From positions 25,415-89,414 of the IMG/VR virus record IMGVR_UViG_3300037148_000025: a stretch of 64,000 nt of DNA; one strand, 5' to 3'. The notes under the pieces were generated by a model that saw nothing but the letters and a program-made list of their open reading frames with translations, was not told the DNA's origin and made no database searches. The position numbers and the translations under genes are program-made. Every line of letters begins with the position of its first letter. Position 1 is the first letter of the stretch. The DNA comes from a virus. This document shows positions 1 to 8,272 of the stretch, in pieces.

Positions 1-809
1 TGTTAGAAGCGCCCAAGGTTCCTTCAGATGTGTGGTCGGCACTGTCTGAATCCGAGAAGGCCACAGAAAGTAGCTCCGGTGCTGACTCGCAACTTGTGCA
101 AGGTTCCACAGCAGGTCCAAGATCATCGATGGGGCGCACAGCTACTGGGGCAACTCAGCAAGCAGGTGCAAGTGCAACTCGATTAGATGGTCCTCTGGAC
201 AATTTTATCGAGCAGGTCTTTAAGCCGTGGTTGTACAGACTTGATCAATTAGTGTTCGAATTTTTCTCTGACGATGAAATCTTCCAGATTTTAGGTGTAG
301 AGAAAGGTAAGGACTTCGAATTTGATATGCAGGAATTCCACGATGCAGTAATCGAGTATGAGGTTCTTGCGGGCGCATCGCTGGCAGCGAAGAGAACTAT
401 GAGTCAGTCGATGACCTTGATTACTCAGATTTTTGAGAACCCAACCATTCAGCAGAATCTTGCGGAGATCAATGAAGAGTATATTGACTTTAGAGAAATT
501 CTTAAGATGTGGATGGAAGCGAGTGAGTGGAAGAATTTCAATGATATTGTGAAACCATTGACGCAGGCAATGAAAGCAAAGCAGGCACAAAAATCACAAG
601 CAGCACAACAGCAGGGTAAGCAAGCTACACAATCTGCTATTAGTGCTCAGAATGCTAGTCAGAAAGCGCAGCTTCAAGAGCAATCAATTCAGGGCAGAAT
701 ACAAGAGCGATTGATTGTGGGCGCTGTTTTGAATAGTGCAAAAGGAGAGGCCAACGAGGGTACTCCCGATACGGGGGGTCTTGGTGGTGAAGAACCAACG
801 GTAGAGTAA
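1..809 (+). CDS. Portal protein, C-terminal part (5' truncated by window)
   Basis: Frame is open from the window edge. GxTATG motif and Q/A-rich C-terminal tail are typical of podovirus/P22-like portals. It precedes the scaffold and capsid genes. Confidence 0.7.
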   Translation, partial: LEAPKVPSDVWSALSESEKATESSSGADSQLVQGSTAGPRSSMGRTATGATQQAGASATRLDGPLDNFIEQVFKPWLYRLDQLVFEFFSDDEIFQILGVEKGKDFEFDMQEFHDAVIEYEVLAGASLAAKRTMSQSMTLITQIFENPTIQQNLAEINEEYIDFREILKMWMEASEWKNFNDIVKPLTQAMKAKQAQKSQAAQQQGKQATQSAISAQNASQKAQLQEQSIQGRIQERLIVGAVLNSAKGEANEGTPDTGGLGGEEPTVE

Positions 810-935
810 GTAAACCGAACGGTTACTGTTTAGTTTGTAACCGTTCGGTCCTGAATTAAAATTGCCGTCTCTAAAATAACCGATAAATTGCGATGTTATT
901 CGGCGCAAAGACGGCAGCATTCTTAGGAGAAGAGG

Positions 936-1301
936 ATGATAACAACCGAGAATAATTTGAAGACATATGAGCCGGAGATCAGTCTTTCGGCTCAAGAAAT
1001 AGGCGATTTGTCAGGGATTGTTTATCATCCCGGTTTTGCAGTTTTTCAGAAGATTGGAAAATCGACTGTAGACAGGTTTATCTTGGCGTGGCTCAATCAG
1101 AAGACCGATGCAGATATAATCGAAGCGCACAGATCGGCTAAGGTTGCCGCACAGTTGTACACGATGCTCATTAATCGGATTAATCAGGAAGTGACTGATT
1201 ATCGAGACACGGTAAAGGAAAATAGCAAACCAGTTGATTCTGGTGAATCTTTGGACATGGGAGAAATTGCAGCAGAAGACGTTGGGGAGGCGTTTATCTA
1301 A
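936..1301 (+). CDS. Small conserved protein between portal and scaffold
   Basis: AGGAG/GAGG RBS, 121-aa helical ORF, stop overlaps the next start. Confidence 0.7.
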   Translation: MITTENNLKTYEPEISLSAQEIGDLSGIVYHPGFAVFQKIGKSTVDRFILAWLNQKTDADIIEAHRSAKVAAQLYTMLINRINQEVTDYRDTVKENSKPVDSGESLDMGEIAAEDVGEAFI

Positions 1302-2278
1302 TGGCAGATGAAATTGTAGTAGAGCAGCCTGTAGTAGAGCAGCCTGTAGTAGAGGTTGTAGAGGAGCCTTTGGTAGAGCAGAGGTACACTTATCAGCCCA
1401 AGGATGAAACTGGACGGTCCATAGGTGGGCTTCAAGTAATCAAGTACCATACACAAGAAGAATTAGTAGAGAAGTTCCAAGAGCAGAACACCCTCCTTAT
1501 TCGTAAATTACGTAAAGAGACGCGCAACAATCGTCTTGGCATTCTGGAGGATGAACCTATTTCCGATGATGCCCAACGTTTTACGGGTGCGGTTGAGTTT
1601 AAGCCCCGTGAACTGAGCAATGAGGAGCGTTATGAGATTGCTCATAAACTTTTGGACCCTACCACGGCGTATGAAGCAACAGAGACTTTGATTGAAGCTG
1701 GAGTAGGAGCGCCTCTTAAAGTTATTGGTGAAACTTTACAGGGAGTACAGCAAGATAACATTAAACTTCGTGCAAGAATAGAAGTTGATTCTTTCATTGC
1801 AGAAAACCATGATTATTATAAATGCTCTGAAAATCAGGAAGCAATCATAGCATGGATGCTTCGGTATGATCTTGCCCCAGTTAAAGAGAATTTTCAGAAG
1901 GCATATGACACCCTGAGAGCACAGGGCGTGCTTATTGAGAGCGGTGCCGTTGAGGAGATTCCTGTGGCAGTAGAACCAGTGGTCGTTCCGGTAGTGGAAC
2001 CTGTTGTAGAAGTTGTCCATGAATTGTTACCAGTAGCCGAGATTCCTATCAGGGTTTCAAGTGGGTTGACAAGGGCTAACTCATCAGATGTTGGTGTGGT
2101 TCGTGCTCCCGGAAGCGGGATCGCCTATGAATTTATTCAGGACGGTCAAAAGAAGGTTTTTACCGGACTTGCAGCCGTGCAAGCTATGCCAAGTGACGAG
2201 TATAAGCGTAGACTTCTTACTGACAAGACTTTTGGTGTAGAAGTAGACAAGTTGGAAGCAGCAGCGAGAAAGAGGTAG
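1301..2278 (+). CDS. Putative capsid scaffolding protein
   Basis: Acidic E/V/P-rich low-complexity segments, helical, located just upstream of the capsid gene. Confidence 0.6.
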   Translation: MADEIVVEQPVVEQPVVEVVEEPLVEQRYTYQPKDETGRSIGGLQVIKYHTQEELVEKFQEQNTLLIRKLRKETRNNRLGILEDEPISDDAQRFTGAVEFKPRELSNEERYEIAHKLLDPTTAYEATETLIEAGVGAPLKVIGETLQGVQQDNIKLRARIEVDSFIAENHDYYKCSENQEAIIAWMLRYDLAPVKENFQKAYDTLRAQGVLIESGAVEEIPVAVEPVVVPVVEPVVEVVHELLPVAEIPIRVSSGLTRANSSDVGVVRAPGSGIAYEFIQDGQKKVFTGLAAVQAMPSDEYKRRLLTDKTFGVEVDKLEAAARKR

Positions 2279-2281
2279 GAT

Positions 2282-2719
2282 ATGACAATTCGTGAGTATC
2301 AGGAGAAGGATGCTTGCGCGGTCTGCGCTATAAATCGTGCTTGTTTCAAAGATGCAGAACCAGATTCAGAACTTTTAGAGGATTTGAAGAAGTATAAAAC
2401 GTGGGTTGCTGTGGCAGAAAATGGATATATTCAAGGATTTATCTCTGGACATGTTAAACACGGTATACCATACATCGACAATGTTTCTGTTCTTGAACTA
2501 TATAGAGGAATGGGTATAGCAACAGAACTTATAGAGACGTTTGAAAAGAGTTTTAGTTGGCGGGATAGTCTGGGTAATGGTACGGCGTACTGGCTTCAAG
2601 TAGCATCGGACAATCCGGCGCAAAGGTTGTATTTTGATCTTGGATACAGGGTTGAATCTGTAGACGAGAATTTTTATGGCAGGGGAAAACATGCACTATG
2701 CATGCACAAAACTGCTTAG
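2282..2719 (+). CDS. GNAT (RimI-like) N-acetyltransferase
   Basis: Motif A V..LYRGMGIA, plus NPAQRLYFDLGY and FYG motifs. Confidence 0.85.
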   Translation: MTIREYQEKDACAVCAINRACFKDAEPDSELLEDLKKYKTWVAVAENGYIQGFISGHVKHGIPYIDNVSVLELYRGMGIATELIETFEKSFSWRDSLGNGTAYWLQVASDNPAQRLYFDLGYRVESVDENFYGRGKHALCMHKTA

Positions 2720-2954
2720 CAATAAATTGGTATACGATACGCTTTTTCTATATCGCGTATCATATACATTGGTATCGCAGTGGATTACTGTAGAGCCACC
2801 AAATTAGCGTGAGGGAACTAAAGCCGAAGTCTAGGCTAAAGGCAGTGAAAGCACAGTCGGATTACTGGAGCAATTAACTGACGCAAGGGACTTAAATTCT
2901 TAGTAACTCTTGGAGGAGAAGTTTTAGGAGTTTTTTGTACTAAGGGAAATTACA

Positions 2955-3050
2955 ATGGCTAGTTATTCACCATCAAGTAATGGACAGTCAAATCTGCCTC
3001 AGTCAACGGTCAAGTATTATGATAAAAAGTTCCGCGAGAATCTGAAGGCT
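2955..3050 (+). CDS. Major capsid protein, exon 1
   Basis: AAGGGA RBS, ATG at 2955. MASYSPSSNGQSNLPQSTVKYYDKKFRENLKA ends in U, followed by TAA at the intron start. Not in the ORF track. Confidence 0.85.
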
Positions 3051-3298
3051 TAAAATTTGGGTCTTCTAAAACTTGACTATATCGGTGGAACCGTGCTATA
3101 ATGGACACATTATGGCAGACAATACCGAGGAAAGACAGAATGCTGCAATTAAACAACTTTTCACAACCGCATTCTGAATCCCTAGAGACTAATACGTCAG
3201 GAATTGTAGGAAATTTTACTACGATTAAGATAGAGTCCGATCTGCGTGGTGACATGCAGAGTGAGCCAACAGTGATGTTGGATTCCTAAACACAAATA
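3051..3298 (+). ncRNA. Group I intron 1 in capsid gene (no ORF, about 248 nt)
   Basis: P1 GAAGGCU/GGUCUUC with a U.G at the splice site. P3 CUUGAC/GUCAGG. P7 GAGACUA (3185-3191) pairs with the S element AAGAUAGAGUCC (3227-3238). P9 hairpins present. IGS UUUG pairs with the 3' exon CAAA (P10). An alternative in-frame 3' end at 3292 is possible. Confidence 0.88.
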
Positions 3299-3519
3299 CA
3301 AACACCATTCGTAGCATGTTCCGAACGTTTGGACTTGCCTACAAAGAGTGGTAATCAATATGAACTCTTTATGTATGTACCTATGGCTGCTAACACAACT
3401 CAGACTCTTGAGGGAACTGTTGGGGCAGGTATTTCAGTAAACGTTTTGACTACAACGGCCACCATTGGCGAATATGCAGATTACGCTAACTTTAGCTCGC
3501 TTTCGTTAGCTACGGCGAT
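3299..3519 (+). CDS. Major capsid protein, exon 2
   Basis: QTPFVACSERLDLPTKSGNQ...LEG...TIGEYADYANFS..SLATA, a pattern typical of the N4-gp56/HK97-fold capsid N-half. In frame with exon 1 after splicing. Confidence 0.85.
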
Positions 3520-4503
3520 TAATTAATCGGTTGCCGTTAAATGGTTCTATATCGGTGAACCTCTGCTTAGCAGACAATACCGAGGAAACTTGAATGAAAG
3601 AAAAAACTAAGGCGTATTTAGCAGGATTGTTCGACTCAGAAGGAGATGTGTCTATTAGTAGACATATTTCTAAAGAGAGAACGTACGTTGTTAAAGGTAA
3701 AGAATATACTTACGAAAATTACACTTCATATGGAGTAAGTTTGGCAGTATATAATACATATTTACCTTTAATGAAATATTTAGTTAAGCATTTTGGTGGA
3801 ACATACCGAATGCTACGAAAGGAAACTGAAGTTAGACAAAATGTGTATGCGTGGAAACCGGATGGTTCTAAACATGCACTAAAAGTTCTAAAATTAGTTT
3901 ATCCTTATGTTGCAATTAAGAAGAATCAAGTAAATTTATGTATACAATTTTTAGAACTTGAAGGAGAGACAGTTCCAGAAATTAGAAAAAATTTGTATAA
4001 TGAATGTTTAATTGCAAATTCAAGTTCCGTAACGACTGACACGAACCATATTGTTAAATGGAAAATTAATCTACAAAATGCTTATTTCTCCGCGATTTTT
4101 GATGGAGAGGGAACAGCAGCGGTATACCACGGTCCTACTATTTGGATTGCTAATTCAAATAAAAGCCTTCTGGAAACAGCAAAGATTTTATTTAATGCCA
4201 ATAATGTAACTGGCGGATATAGAAAAAATGCAAAATCAGATAGGTTACCTGAGTATAGAGTTTGCGTTCCTGTAGAGCAAATGGAAAAGTTTATTTTAAG
4301 AATACTCCCGTATTCTACAATAAAGCATGAACAACTTCTTTTGGTACTTGAAGCTTTAAGGGGGGTTTCAAAGGAACGGAAGAAGAAAATTCAAGATAAA
4401 CTTTTTATGATTAAACATCCATTGTCAATAAAGATACAGTCTGGACTCACAAGTGATTGTGAGAATTCTCTAACAGAGATGTTAGAAGATAATAACAATA
4501 TCA
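3520..4503 (+). ncRNA. Group I intron 2 in capsid gene (984 nt, carries homing endonuclease)
   Basis: P1 GGCGAU/GUUGCC with U.G. P3 AUGGUUC/GAACCAU. P6 GGAAACUUGAAU/AUUCAAGUUCC. P7 ACGACUG (4032-4038) pairs with AAGAUACAGUCU (4431-4442). P10 UCG/CGA. A 19-nt stretch is identical to intron 1. Confidence 0.88.
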
Positions 4504-4517
4504 CGACAATACTGTAG
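3594..4517 (+). CDS. Intron-encoded double-motif LAGLIDADG homing endonuclease
   Basis: Motifs YLAGLFDSEG and YFSAIFDGEG, LxPY..IK, basic and AT-rich. Confidence 0.92.
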   Translation: MKEKTKAYLAGLFDSEGDVSISRHISKERTYVVKGKEYTYENYTSYGVSLAVYNTYLPLMKYLVKHFGGTYRMLRKETEVRQNVYAWKPDGSKHALKVLKLVYPYVAIKKNQVNLCIQFLELEGETVPEIRKNLYNECLIANSSSVTTDTNHIVKWKINLQNAYFSAIFDGEGTAAVYHGPTIWIANSNKSLLETAKILFNANNVTGGYRKNAKSDRLPEYRVCVPVEQMEKFILRILPYSTIKHEQLLLVLEALRGVSKERKKKIQDKLFMIKHPLSIKIQSGLTSDCENSLTEMLEDNNNITTIL

Positions 4518-5236
4518 AAAACGTAGCACGTGAACTTGCATATCGTCTTGGCGAATCGCTGAGCGGCCTTGTTCGCGCAACGGCTGACGGTGCGGCAGCG
4601 GTTGATACAAGCGTTCTTACAAAGCTTGCAGCAGGCGCATCACCATCAACCGTATTTACAGCACTGAGTCTTGATCAGATTCGTAATGCTGTGCAGAGTC
4701 TTGCAGGTCGTTCAGTTCGTCCGTTTGACGAAGCAAGCAAGACATTTGTAGGTGTAATTCACCCATTTGCTCTGGGCGATGTTCTAGCTGACGCTACTAA
4801 TAACTCACCTATCGACATCTTGAAGCACACTCCAGTTGGTCTAGCACGTATGGAAGACCTTATTTCTGTTGATTTGACAGAAATGATTGAACTTCCTTCA
4901 ACTGGTGTTCGTTTCTTCCAGACTAACCAAGTTACAACCACACCTAGCTACAATTCTGGCGCTGGTGCATCAATCTTTACTGCTCTTCGTACCTACATCT
5001 TCGGACGTGACGGTATCTTTAGCATTAAGCTTGGAGCACAGGGCGACACAGGCTTTGGCGACGGTGAGTGGAGCAATATTAAGTGTAACGTAGTACAAAA
5101 TGCTGCACCTAGCGTTGCTGATCCTGAAGGGTTGATCCCCGGATGGACTAGCTATCGTGTACATTTCACGACTTCACTTGGTCCTGATACAACAATCAGA
5201 ATCCGTGAGATTGACGCTGCAAGCGCAATTAGCTAA
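4504..5236 (+). CDS. Major capsid protein, exon 3 (spliced product about 349 aa)
   Basis: Junction AT|C GAC gives ATAIDNTVENVARELAYRLGESL... It continues into ORF 4691..5236 (IHPF, GVRFFQT, TYIFG, ADP motifs of N4-gp56-like capsids). Exons total 1050 nt, a multiple of 3. Confidence 0.88.
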
Positions 5237-5254
5237 GGCTAAGTCTAACTAATT

Positions 5255-5282
5255 ATGTGGGAGAGAGAAATTTCTCCCACAT
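5255..5282 (+). terminator. Stem-loop after capsid gene (attenuator or processing site)
   Basis: ATGTGGGAGA...TCTCCCACAT inverted repeat with no U tract. Confidence 0.45.
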
Positions 5283-5300
5283 TATGAAATAGGAGAAAAA

Positions 5301-6287
5301 ATGGGAAACGTACAAGAGTCATATCCGGCTCAAACTACAGGTTTAGGTGTAGCGGCTAAAATCTCTGTTGTAGGTAACTTGGCAGGTGGAAGTTCAGTTC
5401 CGGGATATAACAATGTTGTTCTATCTAAGACTGGTGCTACATATGCTGGAGTAACCTATCCAGAAACATTCCAGCTTAGTCCTAACATTGAAGATGCCGG
5501 TGGAAATGAACTTACGCCGGGCACAGCATATGCTTTGACATCTGTTGCAAGTTCTAGTGGTTCTACTGCGGTGTATACAGGAACAATTGTAGCAGGAGCT
5601 AACGCCCTAGTCGGGAAGACATTCGTTGTTGCAGGTTATGTTGCCGCAGCAAACAATGGAACATTCATCTGTACAGCGAATAATGGTTCTACCACAATCA
5701 CGTTGGAGAATGCAAGTGCTACGTCTGCTACAGCGCAGACAGCAACTGCAACTTCTCAGGAAGTTATTGCAGGTAATGTATACGCTTTAACATCGGCTGC
5801 AAATGCTGTTGGTGCTAATACAGTTTACACAGGAACAGTTGTTGCCGCTGCTCACAGTTTGATTGGTGAAACCTTCGTGGTTGCATCTTTCGGGACTGCG
5901 GCAGATAATGGCACATTTGTTTGTGTGGATAACAACGGAACTACAACTTTAACCCTTGCAAACGCGAATGGCGCAGCGGAGTCGGCTCAAACAGCGACTG
6001 CTACGCAGCAAGTAGCTGTAGGCGAGTATTCACTTACATATGTTGTATATGATTTTAAGACAACTAGCACAGGGACAGACAGCCCCTCAAGCACACCTGA
6101 AGCAATTGTATCAGTTAGTGCAAACGGTCTTTTGACTGCTCTTTATCCGGGCGGGAGTGTGGTAGAAGTATCATACCCAACTTTTGATAATGAGTCTGGT
6201 GTAACCGGGGCAGCATCAGGAAATCCAATGTATAACTTGCCGAAAGACAAGATTTACGCAGAGGTTTCGGTAACCGTATTACCGTAA
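5301..6287 (+). CDS. Virion decoration/structural protein with two internal beta-rich repeats and an Ig-like C-terminus
   Basis: Follows the capsid gene. A/T/G/S-rich, with duplicated YALTS..VYTGT..NNGTF.C units and an SS.PE.IVSVSANGLLTAL..G Ig-like (Big_2) pattern. Confidence 0.6.
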   Translation: MGNVQESYPAQTTGLGVAAKISVVGNLAGGSSVPGYNNVVLSKTGATYAGVTYPETFQLSPNIEDAGGNELTPGTAYALTSVASSSGSTAVYTGTIVAGANALVGKTFVVAGYVAAANNGTFICTANNGSTTITLENASATSATAQTATATSQEVIAGNVYALTSAANAVGANTVYTGTVVAAAHSLIGETFVVASFGTAADNGTFVCVDNNGTTTLTLANANGAAESAQTATATQQVAVGEYSLTYVVYDFKTTSTGTDSPSSTPEAIVSVSANGLLTALYPGGSVVEVSYPTFDNESGVTGAASGNPMYNLPKDKIYAEVSVTVLP

Positions 6288-6310
6288 TCGTTCTAATACT
6301 GGAGGGTATT

Positions 6311-6586
6311 ATGATGACACAAAATGATGACGTAGACAATATGGAAGTTCTACGTCATCACAATCGAGCACTGCGCAATGTTAACAAAAGCTTGCGCAGT
6401 GGTCAGAAAAGTTCTCAGGAACATTCAGATGAGTTGTTTTTGGAACTGTGCAAGTCGGAAACAGACAGTCAGATTGCGATGGAAAAAATCAGAGCGTTTG
6501 GCGGGATAGAATGCGGCTCTGGTGATTATAGTTTTATAGTCGATAAGTGCCTACAAGCCTTAAGCGCCATAGACCAAAGCAAATAA
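6311..6586 (+). CDS. Hypothetical protein
   Basis: GGAGG RBS, 91 aa, in operon. Confidence 0.6.
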   Translation: MMTQNDDVDNMEVLRHHNRALRNVNKSLRSGQKSSQEHSDELFLELCKSETDSQIAMEKIRAFGGIECGSGDYSFIVDKCLQALSAIDQSK

Positions 6587-6612
6587 TCACAGGAAGTTCT
6601 TTAGGAGATAGC

Positions 6613-6798
6613 ATGGCCGGTGAAGGAACTAACTACTTTAATAAAAAGGTTGCACAGTATGAGCCGGTTGTATCTGCGGCTCAGCAAGCAACCGCAAAAC
6701 TTGCAGCGGCAAAACAGGGACTTTCTTTGTTAGGTAAACCTAACATTACTCAGGCAGAAGCAGAAAGTTTAGTTGCTTTGTACGTTCAGGCAGAGTAA
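6613..6798 (+). CDS. Hypothetical protein
   Basis: AGGAGA RBS before ATG 6613. Confidence 0.6.
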   Translation: MAGEGTNYFNKKVAQYEPVVSAAQQATAKLAAAKQGLSLLGKPNITQAEAESLVALYVQAE

Positions 6799-6803
6799 AA
6801 GAC

Positions 6804-6831
6804 GCGGGGCTTCGGCTCCGCGCAAAGTTTT
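6804..6831 (+). terminator. Hairpin with UUCG loop, probable terminator
   Basis: GCGGGGC-TTCG-GCTCCGC followed by AAAGTTTT. Confidence 0.5.
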
Positions 6832-6989
6832 CATATATATGAAAAACCATATGATGTGGATTACTGAGTATGGATTAACATATATATGCTTGCGGTCACT
6901 TAGCCCGCGCAGGCGGTTGACTGCACTGCTTTATTCCAAGGGTCGCGGCCTTTATTTTAGAGCAGACACGTTTTTGCAAGCTGGAGGGC

Positions 6990-7643
6990 TTGATGACAAT
7001 TACACCAGAAGAAGTCCAGAAGCTACAGGGGACACGCCTCGACGCTACGGCACCATGGGACAGCTACAGTGCAGAGTTAGATACTAAGATGACCCCGGAG
7101 TTAGCCGCTCAAGTGGCAGAGTACTCCACAAAGTATTACCAAGATGCTCCATCGAGTAATCAGTCTCAGGAGGTATTGGCAGAGTTAAAAGAAGGAAATG
7201 ACGAGAATGCAAAGCAGTATCAGTGGCTGAAACCGGAAGAGTATGCAGATGTCGAAGCCAGAATCGGTAAGGTAATGACTCATGAGGAGTTCATATATAA
7301 ACTTAGACGAGCCGGTTTAACATGCTTCTATAAGCAGCATCCACAACCGGACAAAGCTGTTTTGTTTGTGTCGCGCACTGGATTTTCTGAAGCTGAAGTA
7401 GCTTGTTGGGCACAAATCGGGCAGATGCCTGAATTATCGATTATGAACTTCGATCGGTATGGTATACCACTTGCAGAGAGGAGACGTGGTTGGCGTACTT
7501 GCCTTCTACAGCTAATGTTGAAAGAAATGATTACAGAGGAGATGGCAAATCGTATATTTGGTAAACCTCGTAGCGATGCGGCGTTTGATAGGTATAATGC
7601 AACGGTACAGGAGATTAGGAAGATTCACACCGGTGTACAGTAA
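6990..7643 (+). CDS. Hypothetical protein
   Basis: GGAGG RBS, 217-aa ORF. Confidence 0.7.
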   Translation: MMTITPEEVQKLQGTRLDATAPWDSYSAELDTKMTPELAAQVAEYSTKYYQDAPSSNQSQEVLAELKEGNDENAKQYQWLKPEEYADVEARIGKVMTHEEFIYKLRRAGLTCFYKQHPQPDKAVLFVSRTGFSEAEVACWAQIGQMPELSIMNFDRYGIPLAERRRGWRTCLLQLMLKEMITEEMANRIFGKPRSDAAFDRYNATVQEIRKIHTGVQ

Positions 7644-7669
7644 TAGATAGAAAAATAGGAGAGGAGACT

Positions 7670-8260
7670 ATGACAAATTTGAATGATATTGCGGGAGATG
7701 TTTCTACACATTCGGCAGAGACACCAAAGCCTAGCAAGAAAATTGATGCTTTGGATGCGGAACTTAAACAACTTGCATTGGAAAATGCAAAGCTTGAACT
7801 TCAGGAGAAAACACTTAATTTACAAGACCTTCAAGAGCGCCTTGCTGAGCGTGGGATGAAGCGTGAAAACAGGCTTCAGCGAAGTGTTATCAATGGTCAA
7901 ACATTGAAGCAGCTTTCCGCAATCGACAAAGCAACACAGAACCGCTGTAACCACAAGAAAGGCGGAAATGGTGCTCAGGGTGTTGTAGGCGGAAAGGGGG
8001 ATGACTCTCAGTACGCCGTACTAAAGCATACGTTTGCTAATGGGGATATGTGGGTTCGCTGTTTACGTTGCGGCAAGACTTGGAAGCCTCCTGTCAGACG
8101 CGCTTATAAGACTGACGAAGCCTATAAGGGAGCATGGGCAGTATATGAGGAAGCTAAGGAATTTCAGACAAGAAATACACCTTCAAGTGCATATTTGTTC
8201 CGCTACTCGGATAATGGAGAGTTTTATAGGGAAGCCACAGAAGCTACAACATTGAAATAA
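7670..8260 (+). CDS. Coiled-coil protein with C-terminal Zn-binding motif
   Basis: Heptad region followed by CNH...H...CLRC. Confidence 0.65.
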   Translation: MTNLNDIAGDVSTHSAETPKPSKKIDALDAELKQLALENAKLELQEKTLNLQDLQERLAERGMKRENRLQRSVINGQTLKQLSAIDKATQNRCNHKKGGNGAQGVVGGKGDDSQYAVLKHTFANGDMWVRCLRCGKTWKPPVRRAYKTDEAYKGAWAVYEEAKEFQTRNTPSSAYLFRYSDNGEFYREATEATTLK

Positions 8261-8272
8261 TAAGGATCAAAC

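Noticed and set aside
3101-3289. 62-aa ORF (and antisense ORF 3010..3255)
   Set aside because: Lies within intron 1 ribozyme structure, with no RBS or recognisable motif.
2955-5236. Stop-codon recoding, frameshift or pseudogene explanation for the broken capsid gene
   Set aside because: Group I core elements and P1/P10 pairings explain both breaks. All three stop codons terminate genes normally elsewhere, and no suppressor tRNA is present.
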